Assembly: GCA_023140195.1 (NCBI GenBank)
Contig: JAGLME010000004.1
Location: 8,578 to 72,577 of the forward strand
From: Thermoplasmata archaeon
GTDB taxonomy: Archaea > Thermoplasmatota > Thermoplasmata > RBG-16-68-12 > SOIM01
Length of the DNA stretch: 64,000 nt
Direction of reading: 5' to 3'
Part shown: in pieces, positions 8,694 through 18,324 of the stretch
Numbering within the stretch: position 1 is the first letter of the stretch
How the letters are laid out: each line of letters starts with the position of its first letter
Translations under genes and position numbers: made by a program
The notes under the pieces: model-generated
The model's database searches: none
The model's input: only the letters and a program-made list of their open reading frames with translations
Told to the model about the DNA's origin: nothing

Positions 8694-10085
8694 TCAGTCC
8701 TGGCCAATTAGCTTGAAGCCGTCGAATGCAATTGATGGACAATATGTGTCTCCGGGGTCGGAGATCATGTAAGGCCCGCCGAACTCCAGATCATTGCCGA
8801 TGGAGATTATCTTGCCGAGGCTCTCATACAGGTTCCCGGACAGCAGTGCGAACTTGACGTATTCCTTGAGTTCCCCTTTCTCGATTATGCTGGCATTCCT
8901 CACTTCCAGGCCGAAGGCGCCCATGAACGGGTTGACCTCCGGGGCGGCGAACTTCTCCACATATATGCCCTTGTCCATTTCAGATATCATGTCCTCCAGG
9001 CTCTTGTTCCCGGGAGGTATTGTGAGGCTGGAGACCGAGCATCTGGCAGGGCCCAAGTAGCTCTTCTCTATGGTCCCGACCCCTCTTCTGTAACCGTTCC
9101 CGGCCTCCTGGCCGGATATCCCGGCATTGTAATGGTCGTTGATGAATCGTTTCAGAACGCCTTTCTCGATAAGTGCCCTGTCCTCGGTCTGGGTGCCCTC
9201 GTCATCCACGGGAGCGGACTGCATTGCGTTGGGAAGCAGGGGTCTGTCAAGTACCGAGAGTTCCTCCGAGAACATCTTGGTCCCCATCTTGTCAGCCCAT
9301 GGACTTCTCTTCTTGTTCACGTTCTCTCCGCTCAATGCAGATGCAAGGCTCGAAAGGAGCATCTGGCCCAGCTCCACGTTGGCTATGATGGTCGGGGCCT
9401 CCAGCTTTCCCTTGAAGGGTGTTGCGTTGAGTGTGTTGACCGCCCTGGTCGAGATCTTCTTGCCTATTTCCTCGAAATCGATGCCAGTGATCTTCGTGGA
9501 GTAGACCTTCTCAATGCCCTCCCCGCTCTTGCCTCCATCTGTGAGCTTGGACGAGAAGAACGCGAAAAGAAGTGTGCCCTTGTGCCCGTTCTCCAGTCCG
9601 GTGGAGTTGGATATCCTGAACTCGTACTCCTGGGCCCTGATATGGCCCTTGGGGACCTCCATTCCGTCGGATTCCATCGCAGAATCGACCACTATCATCG
9701 CCCTGTCCATCAGCTCTTCGGAAGCGGCATCCAGGATCGCTCTGTCGTAAACGCCTTCGACCGTCCGTGTGACCTTCTTGACCGACGGGAAGGAAACGAA
9801 GTTCGGATCGTCCGGTGAGAGTTTCGCTATCCTGATGGCCGACTCAAGAGCGGACAAAGCATCCTCTTCTCGCTCAATGGTCGCGGAGGCGAAGCCGACC
9901 TTCTTCCCTATGGCCACATTCACCCCGATACCTGATTCTTCGTCGTGCAGCGCGATGCTCGGACGAGAATCTTCGATATAGGCAGATCTGGAACGCCATC
10001 TTAGAGAGAAGCATTCAACATCGGAAACTCCTTCCTTTGATGCTTTGGATATCACTATATCATTGATGGAACCCAAGTCGGTCAT
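8694..10085 (-). CDS. pmbA: PmbA/TldE family protein
   Basis: DDEGT, LIEKGVLKRF, GNGYRR motifs; no HExxxH; directly downstream of tldD. Confidence 0.88.
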   Translation of the reverse strand: MTDLGSINDIVISKASKEGVSDVECFSLRWRSRSAYIEDSRPSIALHDEESGIGVNVAIGKKVGFASATIEREEDALSALESAIRIAKLSPDDPNFVSFPSVKKVTRTVEGVYDRAILDAASEELMDRAMIVVDSAMESDGMEVPKGHIRAQEYEFRISNSTGLENGHKGTLLFAFFSSKLTDGGKSGEGIEKVYSTKITGIDFEEIGKKISTRAVNTLNATPFKGKLEAPTIIANVELGQMLLSSLASALSGENVNKKRSPWADKMGTKMFSEELSVLDRPLLPNAMQSAPVDDEGTQTEDRALIEKGVLKRFINDHYNAGISGQEAGNGYRRGVGTIEKSYLGPARCSVSSLTIPPGNKSLEDMISEMDKGIYVEKFAAPEVNPFMGAFGLEVRNASIIEKGELKEYVKFALLSGNLYESLGKIISIGNDLEFGGPYMISDPGDTYCPSIAFDGFKLIGQD

Positions 10086-11471
10086 CTATGCACCCCCAAC
10101 CACGATCTTGGCCCGTACATACGGACCTCCAGAGGAGACGTTCACCCAGTCCTCGTCGCCCTTTCCGCACATGCCCCCGCTGAGCTTGAATTCCTTGCTG
10201 ACCAGATCTGCTGTGCTGAGTATATCAAGAGCACTTCCAGTTAGAGTGAACGATGGAATGGGATCGGTAACCTCGCCGTTCTTGATCAAGTAGCCCTTGA
10301 GCGCCACCGCCTCAAAGCCGCCGCCGACAGGGTCCTCCATACCCCTCATCGCTTTGGCGGTGAGGATGCCTTCCTTTGTTTCTTCGATCATCTCGTCCAG
10401 GCTGTCCGAGCCCTTTTCGAAATAAGTGTTTGTCATCCTTACGTAGATGCGTCTGGAGTAATCCTCGGCCCTGCCGTTGCCGGTCGGTAGAACACCCATC
10501 TCATTGGCGGTCTCCAAGCTCTGCATGAAGCCCCTGTAAATCCCGTTCTCGATTATCAGTGTGTTGGCGGATGGCGAACCCTCGCTGTCGAAAGGTATGG
10601 TTCCATTGGCACCTGGATACGTTCCGTCATCGACCATGGAGATCTTATCGGTCGCTACCCTCTTGCCCACCATTGCTGTAAGGAAGGACCTGTTCTTGAC
10701 CACTTCATCAGCTTCGGAAGCGTGTCCCATTACCTCATGAGCCAGCATCCCTGAGATGTCCGGGTCGGCGACCACGGTCATCATGCCGTTGGGAGGCCTC
10801 TTGGCGCCCAGAAGTTCCACCGCCTCGGAACCGACCCTCTGCCCCATGGCATTCGGGTCGATCCCATCGATCAGCTCGTATCCTCTGGACCCATCGTACA
10901 CGTCGTAGGAGAACTCCCTCTTTTCCCCCTCGGCGGCGATTGCGTGAGCCACTGCCAGCGTCCTTATCTCGCTCCATTCCAGTTCGCTGCCGAGTGAGTT
11001 CACAAGCCCGAACTTGTAGATCTTCTCCCCGTACCTGGAATTGGTATTGACGACCCTGTCGTCCACCTTCTGGGCCTTGGACAGGTCCGTGGTGAACTCG
11101 AGTTTGGTGTCTGCGTCCACGTCCTCAGGGTCCTTCTTGACATGTGCCTCGATGCTCTTCTTGATCGTCGCCATAGATTCCAGGGAGACTTCCTTCTTGG
11201 TCTTCCCTGAATTGTGCTTGGCCATCTTCACCGCCCTTTGAGCGGCTTCGAGCAGGGAATCTGGGTCCAATCGAGATGTGGAGCTCTGCCCCCATGACCC
11301 GCCCACAAGAGCCCTGATGCCCACACCCTTCTTGGACATGTCCTGGAAACTGCGCAGCTGGTCGTTCACAACTAGGATGGTGGAGATCTTCCTGTCCTCG
11401 AACCTCGCGTCCGCGAAGTCGGCACCCATGTCCATAGCCTTGTCAACGGATCTGGATAATCTCTGAATCAT
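10086..11471 (-). CDS. tldD: TldD family metalloprotease
   Basis: LAHEVMGHASEAD, PFDSEG, TGNGRAE, RMTNTY, GMCGK, VSSGGP. Confidence 0.93.
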   Translation of the reverse strand: MIQRLSRSVDKAMDMGADFADARFEDRKISTILVVNDQLRSFQDMSKKGVGIRALVGGSWGQSSTSRLDPDSLLEAAQRAVKMAKHNSGKTKKEVSLESMATIKKSIEAHVKKDPEDVDADTKLEFTTDLSKAQKVDDRVVNTNSRYGEKIYKFGLVNSLGSELEWSEIRTLAVAHAIAAEGEKREFSYDVYDGSRGYELIDGIDPNAMGQRVGSEAVELLGAKRPPNGMMTVVADPDISGMLAHEVMGHASEADEVVKNRSFLTAMVGKRVATDKISMVDDGTYPGANGTIPFDSEGSPSANTLIIENGIYRGFMQSLETANEMGVLPTGNGRAEDYSRRIYVRMTNTYFEKGSDSLDEMIEETKEGILTAKAMRGMEDPVGGGFEAVALKGYLIKNGEVTDPIPSFTLTGSALDILSTADLVSKEFKLSGGMCGKGDEDWVNVSSGGPYVRAKIVVGGA

Positions 11472-11578
11472 GTGGATTCCGCCCCCAATGGATAGGAAAG
11501 AAAGGATGGAAAACGATCCTTTCCGCTCTCAAGATGTACACGCCATTCGCAGATAAAAGGGTTTGTGAATCGGGACAT

Positions 11579-12352
11579 TCATAACGAAAAATCTGTCTCC
11601 ATCACCGTCTTCGCCTGGTCTTCCGGAAGGTGCTTCACCGCCTCTTTGACATCGGTCTTGTTGAACTTGGACTTGTTGAACATCATATACTCGAACACGA
11701 AATCTGGATATCCCTTGCCCATCTCCCTCAGCACCCAGCCGTACACCTTCCTCACATAGTACTCATCGTCGTCCAGAACATCGTTCAACATTGTCAAGGT
11801 CCAGAACGGGTCGCCTTTTCCTGCGCGGTTGCCGAGCATGGTGGATGTCAACGCTGCCCTCCTCCTCCAGAAGTTATCGGACTTGGTCCACTCCATTATC
11901 TCCGAGATCACCGAATCGTCCTTGAGCAAGATCGAGCCCAGAACGTACACGGACATCCCGTCGCAGTGCGCCCAGTTGTCGATATCGTCCCACCACGCCT
12001 TGACCACGTCGAAGGTGGACACATCCAACTTCCTGCGAAACCTCCTCAGTATGGATATGGCCAGTGTCTTGACGTCGTATATCGGGACAGCCCAAAGCTC
12101 GCCGGCGGTCCGGTGGACTTCGCTGAGGTCCCCGTCCTTCTTGTGCAGGTCAAAGAACTCCTTTGCGATCGAATCCAGTATGGGCATTCTTACTCCAAGG
12201 AGCTCCAGATTGGTCTTGATGTACTTCTGTGCATGAGGAGCGTCCTCGGGACTCGCATTCTTCCTGACCAGGTCCACCAGTCTTTCGGTCCCTTTCCGCA
12301 CGGAGGAGAATCCAGTTCGAGGTATATCGTTCTTTGTAGGGAATGGGTCCAC
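11579..12352 (-). CDS. DNA alkylation repair protein (AlkD-like HEAT repeats)
   Basis: YIKTNLELLGVRMP, IDNWAHCD, SDNFWRRRAA, DDEYYVRKVYGWVLREMGK. Confidence 0.88.
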   Translation of the reverse strand: MDPFPTKNDIPRTGFSSVRKGTERLVDLVRKNASPEDAPHAQKYIKTNLELLGVRMPILDSIAKEFFDLHKKDGDLSEVHRTAGELWAVPIYDVKTLAISILRRFRRKLDVSTFDVVKAWWDDIDNWAHCDGMSVYVLGSILLKDDSVISEIMEWTKSDNFWRRRAALTSTMLGNRAGKGDPFWTLTMLNDVLDDDEYYVRKVYGWVLREMGKGYPDFVFEYMMFNKSKFNKTDVKEAVKHLPEDQAKTVMETDFSL

Positions 12353-12405
12353 TTGTTACAGTGCCAGCACAAGCCTTATATTCAGATTTATGGTTCAAAG
12401 GAATT

Positions 12406-13617
12406 GTGTCCCTCATTCCGGACTATGGTGACCCGTCCGACCCAGATGTAAGGGCCAAATACGGATATCTGGAATCCGCGGTGGGTATCGTAGGCAACTC
12501 ATCTCTCCTTGTCTCCAAACTGGTCCTCGGACTCACCATCTCCAGCATCGCCCTTTTTGGAGACTCGATGAACCATCTAACTGACCTTGGTATCTCGATA
12601 GTGATCATCTTCGGCTTCAGGCTGGCCAAGAAAGAGGCCGACCAAGAACATCCGTACGGGCACGCGAGGGCAGAAGGCATCCTTTCGATAGTGGTGGCGT
12701 CCTTGGTGGTCGCGATGGGCGTGGTCGTTCTGGTTGCTTCCGCCCAAGGCCTCTGGGAACCGGAGATCCAGGGAAGTCTTACGGTTGCCGTTCTGATACT
12801 GTTCTTCGCAGTTGTCAAGGAGGCAATGGCCAGGTTCGCATTCAGAATCGCAGACAAGATAGACAGCAGAGCGTTGAGAGCGGACGCCTGGAACCATAGG
12901 TTTGACGCATTGATCTCGGTGGTGATCGCTGTCGGTATCTACGTGTCGAGCATCAATGCACATTTCAGGATAATTGACCCGATAATGGGGATTGTCGTGG
13001 CGGTCTTCGTGATATCCACCGGGATCATGCTCATCAAGGAGTCTGGGAACGAGTTGCTGGGACGCGCACCTTCGGAAGAGACGCTCAGGACAGTGAAGGA
13101 GGCGGCGTCATCGGTCGAGGGTGTTGAGGATGCTCACGACATTCTGGTGCATGATTACGGAAGCTACAAGGCCATCTCCATGCACATAACCGTGGACGAG
13201 TCCATCTCGGCAGGGGAAGCACACAAGATCGCGTCAGACCTGGAAGCAAGGATCAGAGATAGCATCGACGCCGAGCCGACGGTGCATGTTGAATCCAGAG
13301 AAGACACTGAAGGAGTGAGACGGGTGGAGGAAGAAGTGGAGGATGTGATCACTGGATACGACGAGATACTGTCCTCCCACAAGATCGAGGTCATCCGTTC
13401 TGCCAAGGGCGGGAAGATCGAGATGCACATTCTGATCGCCAAGCATACGACGGTTGAGGATGCGCACAGACTTGTCCATGATATAGAATCCAGGATCTCC
13501 AACCGAGTGCCAGATTACGAAGTGAACGTCCATGTGGAGCCGTGCTCCGGAGACTGCAAGATATGCGAGGAGATCTGTTCAAAGGGTTTTGAGGAAGGGG
13601 CGGACGACGGGAATTGA
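12406..13617 (+). CDS. Cation diffusion facilitator (CDF/FieF-like) transporter with duplicated C-terminal domain
   Basis: SIALFGDSMNHLTD, ADQEHPYGHARAE, ADAWNHRFD; two C-terminal domains ending VHVES and VHVEP; GTG start at 12406 preferred over the ORF-track start. Confidence 0.9.
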   Translation: MSLIPDYGDPSDPDVRAKYGYLESAVGIVGNSSLLVSKLVLGLTISSIALFGDSMNHLTDLGISIVIIFGFRLAKKEADQEHPYGHARAEGILSIVVASLVVAMGVVVLVASAQGLWEPEIQGSLTVAVLILFFAVVKEAMARFAFRIADKIDSRALRADAWNHRFDALISVVIAVGIYVSSINAHFRIIDPIMGIVVAVFVISTGIMLIKESGNELLGRAPSEETLRTVKEAASSVEGVEDAHDILVHDYGSYKAISMHITVDESISAGEAHKIASDLEARIRDSIDAEPTVHVESREDTEGVRRVEEEVEDVITGYDEILSSHKIEVIRSAKGGKIEMHILIAKHTTVEDAHRLVHDIESRISNRVPDYEVNVHVEPCSGDCKICEEICSKGFEEGADDGN

Positions 13618-13653
13618 AAACCAATTAATATTGTATAGGGATTCTTGGGGTCA

Positions 13654-14313
13654 ATGAACAAGGTCATCATCTTGGTCGGGAGCCCGAGGTCCAAGGGGAA
13701 CACGGCCAGAATCGTTGAGCGGGTCGATGAGATTCTGCAGAAGAGAGATATTGAATCGGAGATTGTGAAGCTGAACAAACTGGACATAAGACCCTGCAGG
13801 AACTGCGGTGCATGCGAGGAAGATGGCCAATGCGTTCAGAAAGATGATATGCGAGAACTCTGGGAGAAGGTGGAATCGAGCGACGGGTTGGTACTTGCAT
13901 CACCGACATACTATTCGGGCGTCACTGCACAGATGAAGATCTTCATAGACCGGACCGGGAGAGCGAAGGTCATATGGGACTACAAGAGGAACTTGCCGAG
14001 CGGGAGTAGATTCTCAGAAGGGAAGAGGGCGATGGTCATTGGGGTCTGCGGCCAACCTGGTGAGAGGTGGCTCAAGTGTTCGATCATGCAGATGAAGTCC
14101 TTGCTATCGGACCTACAGATTCCGTTGTACTCAATTATCAAAGGCGATGGCGCGGATGTGGGTGGAGGCCTTTTTAAGGGAAGACCGGAGGTGATGATAG
14201 ATATCGATGAGGCGACCGAGGGGTTCGTAGAAGGTGATGAGGAGATAACGCTATCCTATAAGGAGAATTGGAACCTAGGCCGTGATTCCCCCCAAGAGTC
14301 TGGGGAGTCATAA
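13654..14313 (+). CDS. Flavodoxin-like iron-sulfur flavoprotein (NADPH-dependent FMN reductase family)
   Basis: GSPRSKGNT, CRNCGAC..C cluster, KDDM, ASPTYY, QMKIFIDR. Confidence 0.88.
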   Translation: MNKVIILVGSPRSKGNTARIVERVDEILQKRDIESEIVKLNKLDIRPCRNCGACEEDGQCVQKDDMRELWEKVESSDGLVLASPTYYSGVTAQMKIFIDRTGRAKVIWDYKRNLPSGSRFSEGKRAMVIGVCGQPGERWLKCSIMQMKSLLSDLQIPLYSIIKGDGADVGGGLFKGRPEVMIDIDEATEGFVEGDEEITLSYKENWNLGRDSPQESGES

Positions 14314-14370
14314 AGGCTCAAAAACTCAACACGTTTTTATTTGAAACAGCATTAGAAGACTGGGGACACC

Positions 14371-14829
14371 ATGGCTGACCTCTCATTAGTGGGACGATGC
14401 GGGTTGTTTTGCGGTACTTGTGGGATCTATCGTGCTTACAAGGACAACGGGTCTTACTTGGAGAAGGTGGCCGAATCCTTTGATTGTGCTCCGGAACTTG
14501 TGAGGTGTGAAGGGTGCCAGACGCTGACGCCAGACTGCTGGGGGAACAGGTGTAAGATCGTCATCTGCCTGAGAAAGAAGGGTCTGGAGTTCTGCTACGA
14601 GTGTGGGGAATTGGACGGATGCGGGAAGTTCTCAGAATTGAGCGATGGTTACATGGAGCTCGGCATAAACCTGCGGGGCAATATGGATAGGATTAGAACC
14701 GGCGACGCCGAGAGATGGTTGGAGGAAGAGGATATGAGGTGGCGCTGTGGATCTTGCGGGGAGCCCATATCCTGCCACATGGAAGAATGCAATCAGTGCG
14801 GGGCCGGACTGGTAAAAGTGAAGTATTGA
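14371..14829 (+). CDS. DUF3795-family Cys-rich protein
   Basis: CGLFCGTC, CEGC, CKIVIC, FCYEC, C-terminal CGSCG..CNQCG. Confidence 0.8.
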   Translation: MADLSLVGRCGLFCGTCGIYRAYKDNGSYLEKVAESFDCAPELVRCEGCQTLTPDCWGNRCKIVICLRKKGLEFCYECGELDGCGKFSELSDGYMELGINLRGNMDRIRTGDAERWLEEEDMRWRCGSCGEPISCHMEECNQCGAGLVKVKY

Positions 14830-14845
14830 TTTCGTCTCAGCGTCC

Positions 14846-16249
14846 TCAAACTGCGCCTCTTCTTCTAGCGGCTACGACCGCCACCAGTACGACCACGATG
14901 ATTACTATCAGCAATAACAGGAGGATACCTCCCAAGTTCTCTTGGGCGCATTCGTCTCCTTCACATTCCGGTTCTGGTGCCGGTTCGAGATAAGCGGTGT
15001 ACACTGGATCGTGTTCGACCCTGAAGCTGTTCCATCTGGGGAATGAGACCGCGTACCAGAGAGTTGATGTTATGAAAGAATTCTTTCCATTCTGGAAGAG
15101 ATCAAGCGGTCCGTTGTACTGGGCCTGAAGGTCGGGGCTCAATGCGTACGCCATTGTCGCCATCACGCCCAGGCTGAAACCGCCCTGCCAGGCAACGAGT
15201 ATCAGATCCCAGAGCCTGGCCTCGACAATCATGTTGTAAGCATCCTCGTCCTCTGCGACAACCTGTCCTGTGGTCTCGTTGATCAGATCGAAGGTGCCTC
15301 GCAGGCCCAAGTTGAAGACCTTCCTTTCAGGAGAGCCGACAGAGAGGTCCAGTCCCTCATTGAGCTTCCGTTGAATTCCGGTATCGATGACATGATTGGT
15401 GGTATCACCTGTGACCTTGTAGGTGGAACCGAATCTGGCTACATAGTGAACTGCTGCAACCCCCCAGTTATCAGGGATCTCCAGCGGGTCAACTTCCTGG
15501 CCCCAAAGCCATAGCTGTGTTACCTGGCCGAGTGTGTAGAAGGTCTCGGTGGTGATCGTGTTGTCATCGTTGAATGTGATGTCATAGACGATCGTCAGCT
15601 CACTGAACCGGGCAATATACAGCGGAAACGCGGCACTGAGGATCAAAGCAAGCGGGTTGTTGGCATCGATGATCTTCGCATACATATTCTCGTAGGTCAT
15701 TCCGAACCTGTAGCGGTTGCCGGGCAGGCTCTCGGCCTCGATGGCGGAAACGGTTGGGACATATGTCCCATTGGTCAATGTGCCGCCCACTCCGTAGGGT
15801 ATGACGTAGTACACGTCCTCATGAGCTGGATCTGGCATCCCGTTCTCGCCCGGTCCCGAACCGTTGTACGTATCATTGAAGACCATCAGAAACGCCAGAA
15901 CTGCGCCAATGAACACATCGTGCCCCCCAAGACCGGTAAAATGCATCCCGAAGAGCTGGTAAGGTAGAGTGGAGACGTTACCATCCTTCTCATAGGTCTT
16001 GAAGGCCAGAAGGAACGCTTGGGCTTCGTTTCTATTGACATAGGACATTGTCATGGTTATCTCCGCGCCATCATCGGTCGTATTGGAGATGTCGGCCGTC
16101 CAGTACTCCTCGTCGAACGAATGGCCGGTGATAGCGACCTCGTCCCCGGCTTCCCAGTGTTCCGGAGGAAGGCCTATCACGACAGGAGCGAACATCATGC
16201 TCAGCATCAAACACACGGCGAACACACTTGCGAAACTTCTAAACCTCAT
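14846..16249 (-). CDS. Secreted, membrane-anchored hypothetical protein
   Basis: N-terminal signal peptide, EHDPVY motif, C-terminal TM helix followed by RRR. Confidence 0.75.
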   Translation of the reverse strand: MRFRSFASVFAVCLMLSMMFAPVVIGLPPEHWEAGDEVAITGHSFDEEYWTADISNTTDDGAEITMTMSYVNRNEAQAFLLAFKTYEKDGNVSTLPYQLFGMHFTGLGGHDVFIGAVLAFLMVFNDTYNGSGPGENGMPDPAHEDVYYVIPYGVGGTLTNGTYVPTVSAIEAESLPGNRYRFGMTYENMYAKIIDANNPLALILSAAFPLYIARFSELTIVYDITFNDDNTITTETFYTLGQVTQLWLWGQEVDPLEIPDNWGVAAVHYVARFGSTYKVTGDTTNHVIDTGIQRKLNEGLDLSVGSPERKVFNLGLRGTFDLINETTGQVVAEDEDAYNMIVEARLWDLILVAWQGGFSLGVMATMAYALSPDLQAQYNGPLDLFQNGKNSFITSTLWYAVSFPRWNSFRVEHDPVYTAYLEPAPEPECEGDECAQENLGGILLLLLIVIIVVVLVAVVAARRRGAV

Positions 16250-16322
16250 TTATCCCACCAGCGGCAGATGAAAAATGGATGCATAAAAAGATTGTGGGAA
16301 GCTTATCAAATCGAGAGAATCA

Positions 16323-17072
16323 TCATCCACCAAAGACGATCTTGGTCAGGTACATCAAGGCTATACCCAGAACGAAGACCATCATGGTCGTAACAGATTT
16401 CCTGAGGGCGGTCTCCTTCTTGATCTCGGGCAAGAGGTCGGTCGCTGCTATGTAGATGAACCCTCCAGCGGCAAATGGCAGGAGAGCGTTGGCAATGTCA
16501 GTGGCCTGACTGGCTATGAAGAAGCCGACAACTCCTCCGACGACCGTTGCCAGAGCAACAAGGAAGTTCAGGGCAAGCGCCTTCTTCTTGGTGAACCCGG
16601 CATACACCAGGACACCGAAGTCGGCGATCTCCTGAGGTATCTCATGTGATGCAATGGCCACTGTGGTCGCAAACCCCAGCGGTACGGAAACCACGAAGCT
16701 GGCTGCAATTATCAGACCGTCAATGACGCTGTGAACTCCGTCCCCTATCAGGTTCATGTAGCTGAAGGTGTGCACGTCGCAGATCCCGTCGTGACAATGG
16801 TGCCACATGAGGACCTTCTCTATCACGAAGAAGAGCAAGAAGCCGACCAGGGCAAAGGCGATTATGTCAGGGCCGGACACCTCCGCGGCCTCGGGGAGCA
16901 GATGGATGAATGCGCCGCCGATCAGGGTCCCCGCCGACAGACTGACCAGTACCAGGAGTGCCTTTCTAAGGAGCGCGTCGTTGGAGGAAAGCGTGAATGC
17001 CCCGTTGAAGGCGATGAGGCTGATGATCAAAGTACTCAGTAGTATGTAGACCAGTATTATGTCCAAGGCCAA
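16323..17072 (-). CDS. ZIP family zinc/metal transporter
   Basis: AFIHLLPEA, HHCH loop, GDGVHSVIDG, HEIPQEIADFGVL, GGFIYIAATDLLPE. Confidence 0.93.
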   Translation of the reverse strand: MALDIILVYILLSTLIISLIAFNGAFTLSSNDALLRKALLVLVSLSAGTLIGGAFIHLLPEAAEVSGPDIIAFALVGFLLFFVIEKVLMWHHCHDGICDVHTFSYMNLIGDGVHSVIDGLIIAASFVVSVPLGFATTVAIASHEIPQEIADFGVLVYAGFTKKKALALNFLVALATVVGGVVGFFIASQATDIANALLPFAAGGFIYIAATDLLPEIKKETALRKSVTTMMVFVLGIALMYLTKIVFGG

Positions 17073-17172
17073 CAGCTCTCCGTGACCATTTCCTCGAGCA
17101 GTTTAAACCTTTTGCACTTCCATTATGAAAAGCTTATCAACATAATCGTAGTAGGCATGATGAGGTGATGTA

Positions 17173-17646
17173 GTGGCAGCAGAAGTGGAAGACAAAGCGC
17201 CGGATTTCGAACTTCTGGATGTTGAGAGGAACAAGCGGACACTCGGCGAGTTCTCGGGCAGCAAACTTGTCATCGCATTCTATCCTGGGGCCTTCACATC
17301 AGTGTGCACGCAGGAGATGTGCGCTCTCAGGGACTCTCTGGCGAGGTTCAACGAGATGAACGCCACCGTCGTGGGGATAAGCGTCAATGATCCGTTCTCC
17401 AACAAGGCCTTCTCTGACCAGAACCAGCTGAATTTTCCTCTATTGAGCGACTACGCGAGAAGGGCGGTGACCGATTATGATGTCGCTTTGAACGATTTCG
17501 CGGGAATGAGCGGCTACACGGCCGCAAAGCGATCGGTATTCGTAGTTGACGGGGAGGGAACGATCCGGTACAAGTGGGTGTCTGAGGACCCTGGCGTGGA
17601 ACCCAACTACGATGATATCGCGGAAAAGCTGAGAGAGATCGCTTAA
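17173..17646 (+). CDS. Peroxiredoxin (Bcp/PrxQ-AhpE type)
   Basis: APDFEL, FYPGAFTSVCTQEMC, FPLLSD, RSVFVVD. Confidence 0.92.
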   Translation: MAAEVEDKAPDFELLDVERNKRTLGEFSGSKLVIAFYPGAFTSVCTQEMCALRDSLARFNEMNATVVGISVNDPFSNKAFSDQNQLNFPLLSDYARRAVTDYDVALNDFAGMSGYTAAKRSVFVVDGEGTIRYKWVSEDPGVEPNYDDIAEKLREIA

Positions 17647-17647
17647 A

Positions 17648-18226
17648 TCAGCCAAACGGGAAGAAAGCCTCAATGGCCACGATGATCCCGATAACGATGA
17701 AGAGTATTCCGGACACCAGCACTATCCACTTTGCGTCCACCCTTTTGCCAATCTCTTTGCCTATCAACACCCCTATGGCAACAACCACTGCGAAACCAAG
17801 CAGAGCACCGAAAAGGACAGATAGAGGTGCTTCGTAGTGTGCGGTCAGCCAGATGACCATGACTTGGGTCTTATCTCCGAGCTCGGCCAAGACAAGAAAG
17901 ATGAACGTATGAGAAAAGACCTTCTTGTCCGGAATGTCCTTCTTGACCTCCTCTTCCTCTCTTTTGACGAGTGTCCACACGCCGAAGACGATGAAGATCA
18001 CTGAGGCGATTATCTTGATCCAGAAATCGTCAAATGCGGCTCCGAGTAGAATCCCTATCACAACTCCGATGACCGTTACCAGCCCCATTCCAAGCCAGCC
18101 CCCCAGGAATACCATCTTCTTTGAATACCTGGAGGCAAAAGAGATCGTTATCAACTGAGTCTTGTCTCCCAACTCGAGTAGAATGATGAAGCCAAACGCC
18201 AACAGGAAAGGAAGAACGACATCCAT
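17648..18226 (-). CDS. TMEM165/GDT1 (UPF0016) Ca/Mn transporter
   Basis: Two ELGDKTQ motifs and six hydrophobic segments. Confidence 0.92.
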   Translation of the reverse strand: MDVVLPFLLAFGFIILLELGDKTQLITISFASRYSKKMVFLGGWLGMGLVTVIGVVIGILLGAAFDDFWIKIIASVIFIVFGVWTLVKREEEEVKKDIPDKKVFSHTFIFLVLAELGDKTQVMVIWLTAHYEAPLSVLFGALLGFAVVVAIGVLIGKEIGKRVDAKWIVLVSGILFIVIGIIVAIEAFFPFG

Positions 18227-18324
18227 GGGCATGACACCAAAGTTGGATTCGTAAATAAACGTTCCCGATTGTCGAGTCTGATTCATCCAGTCGCGGCTGT
18301 GCTGAAAGATGACAGTGGAGTTTT

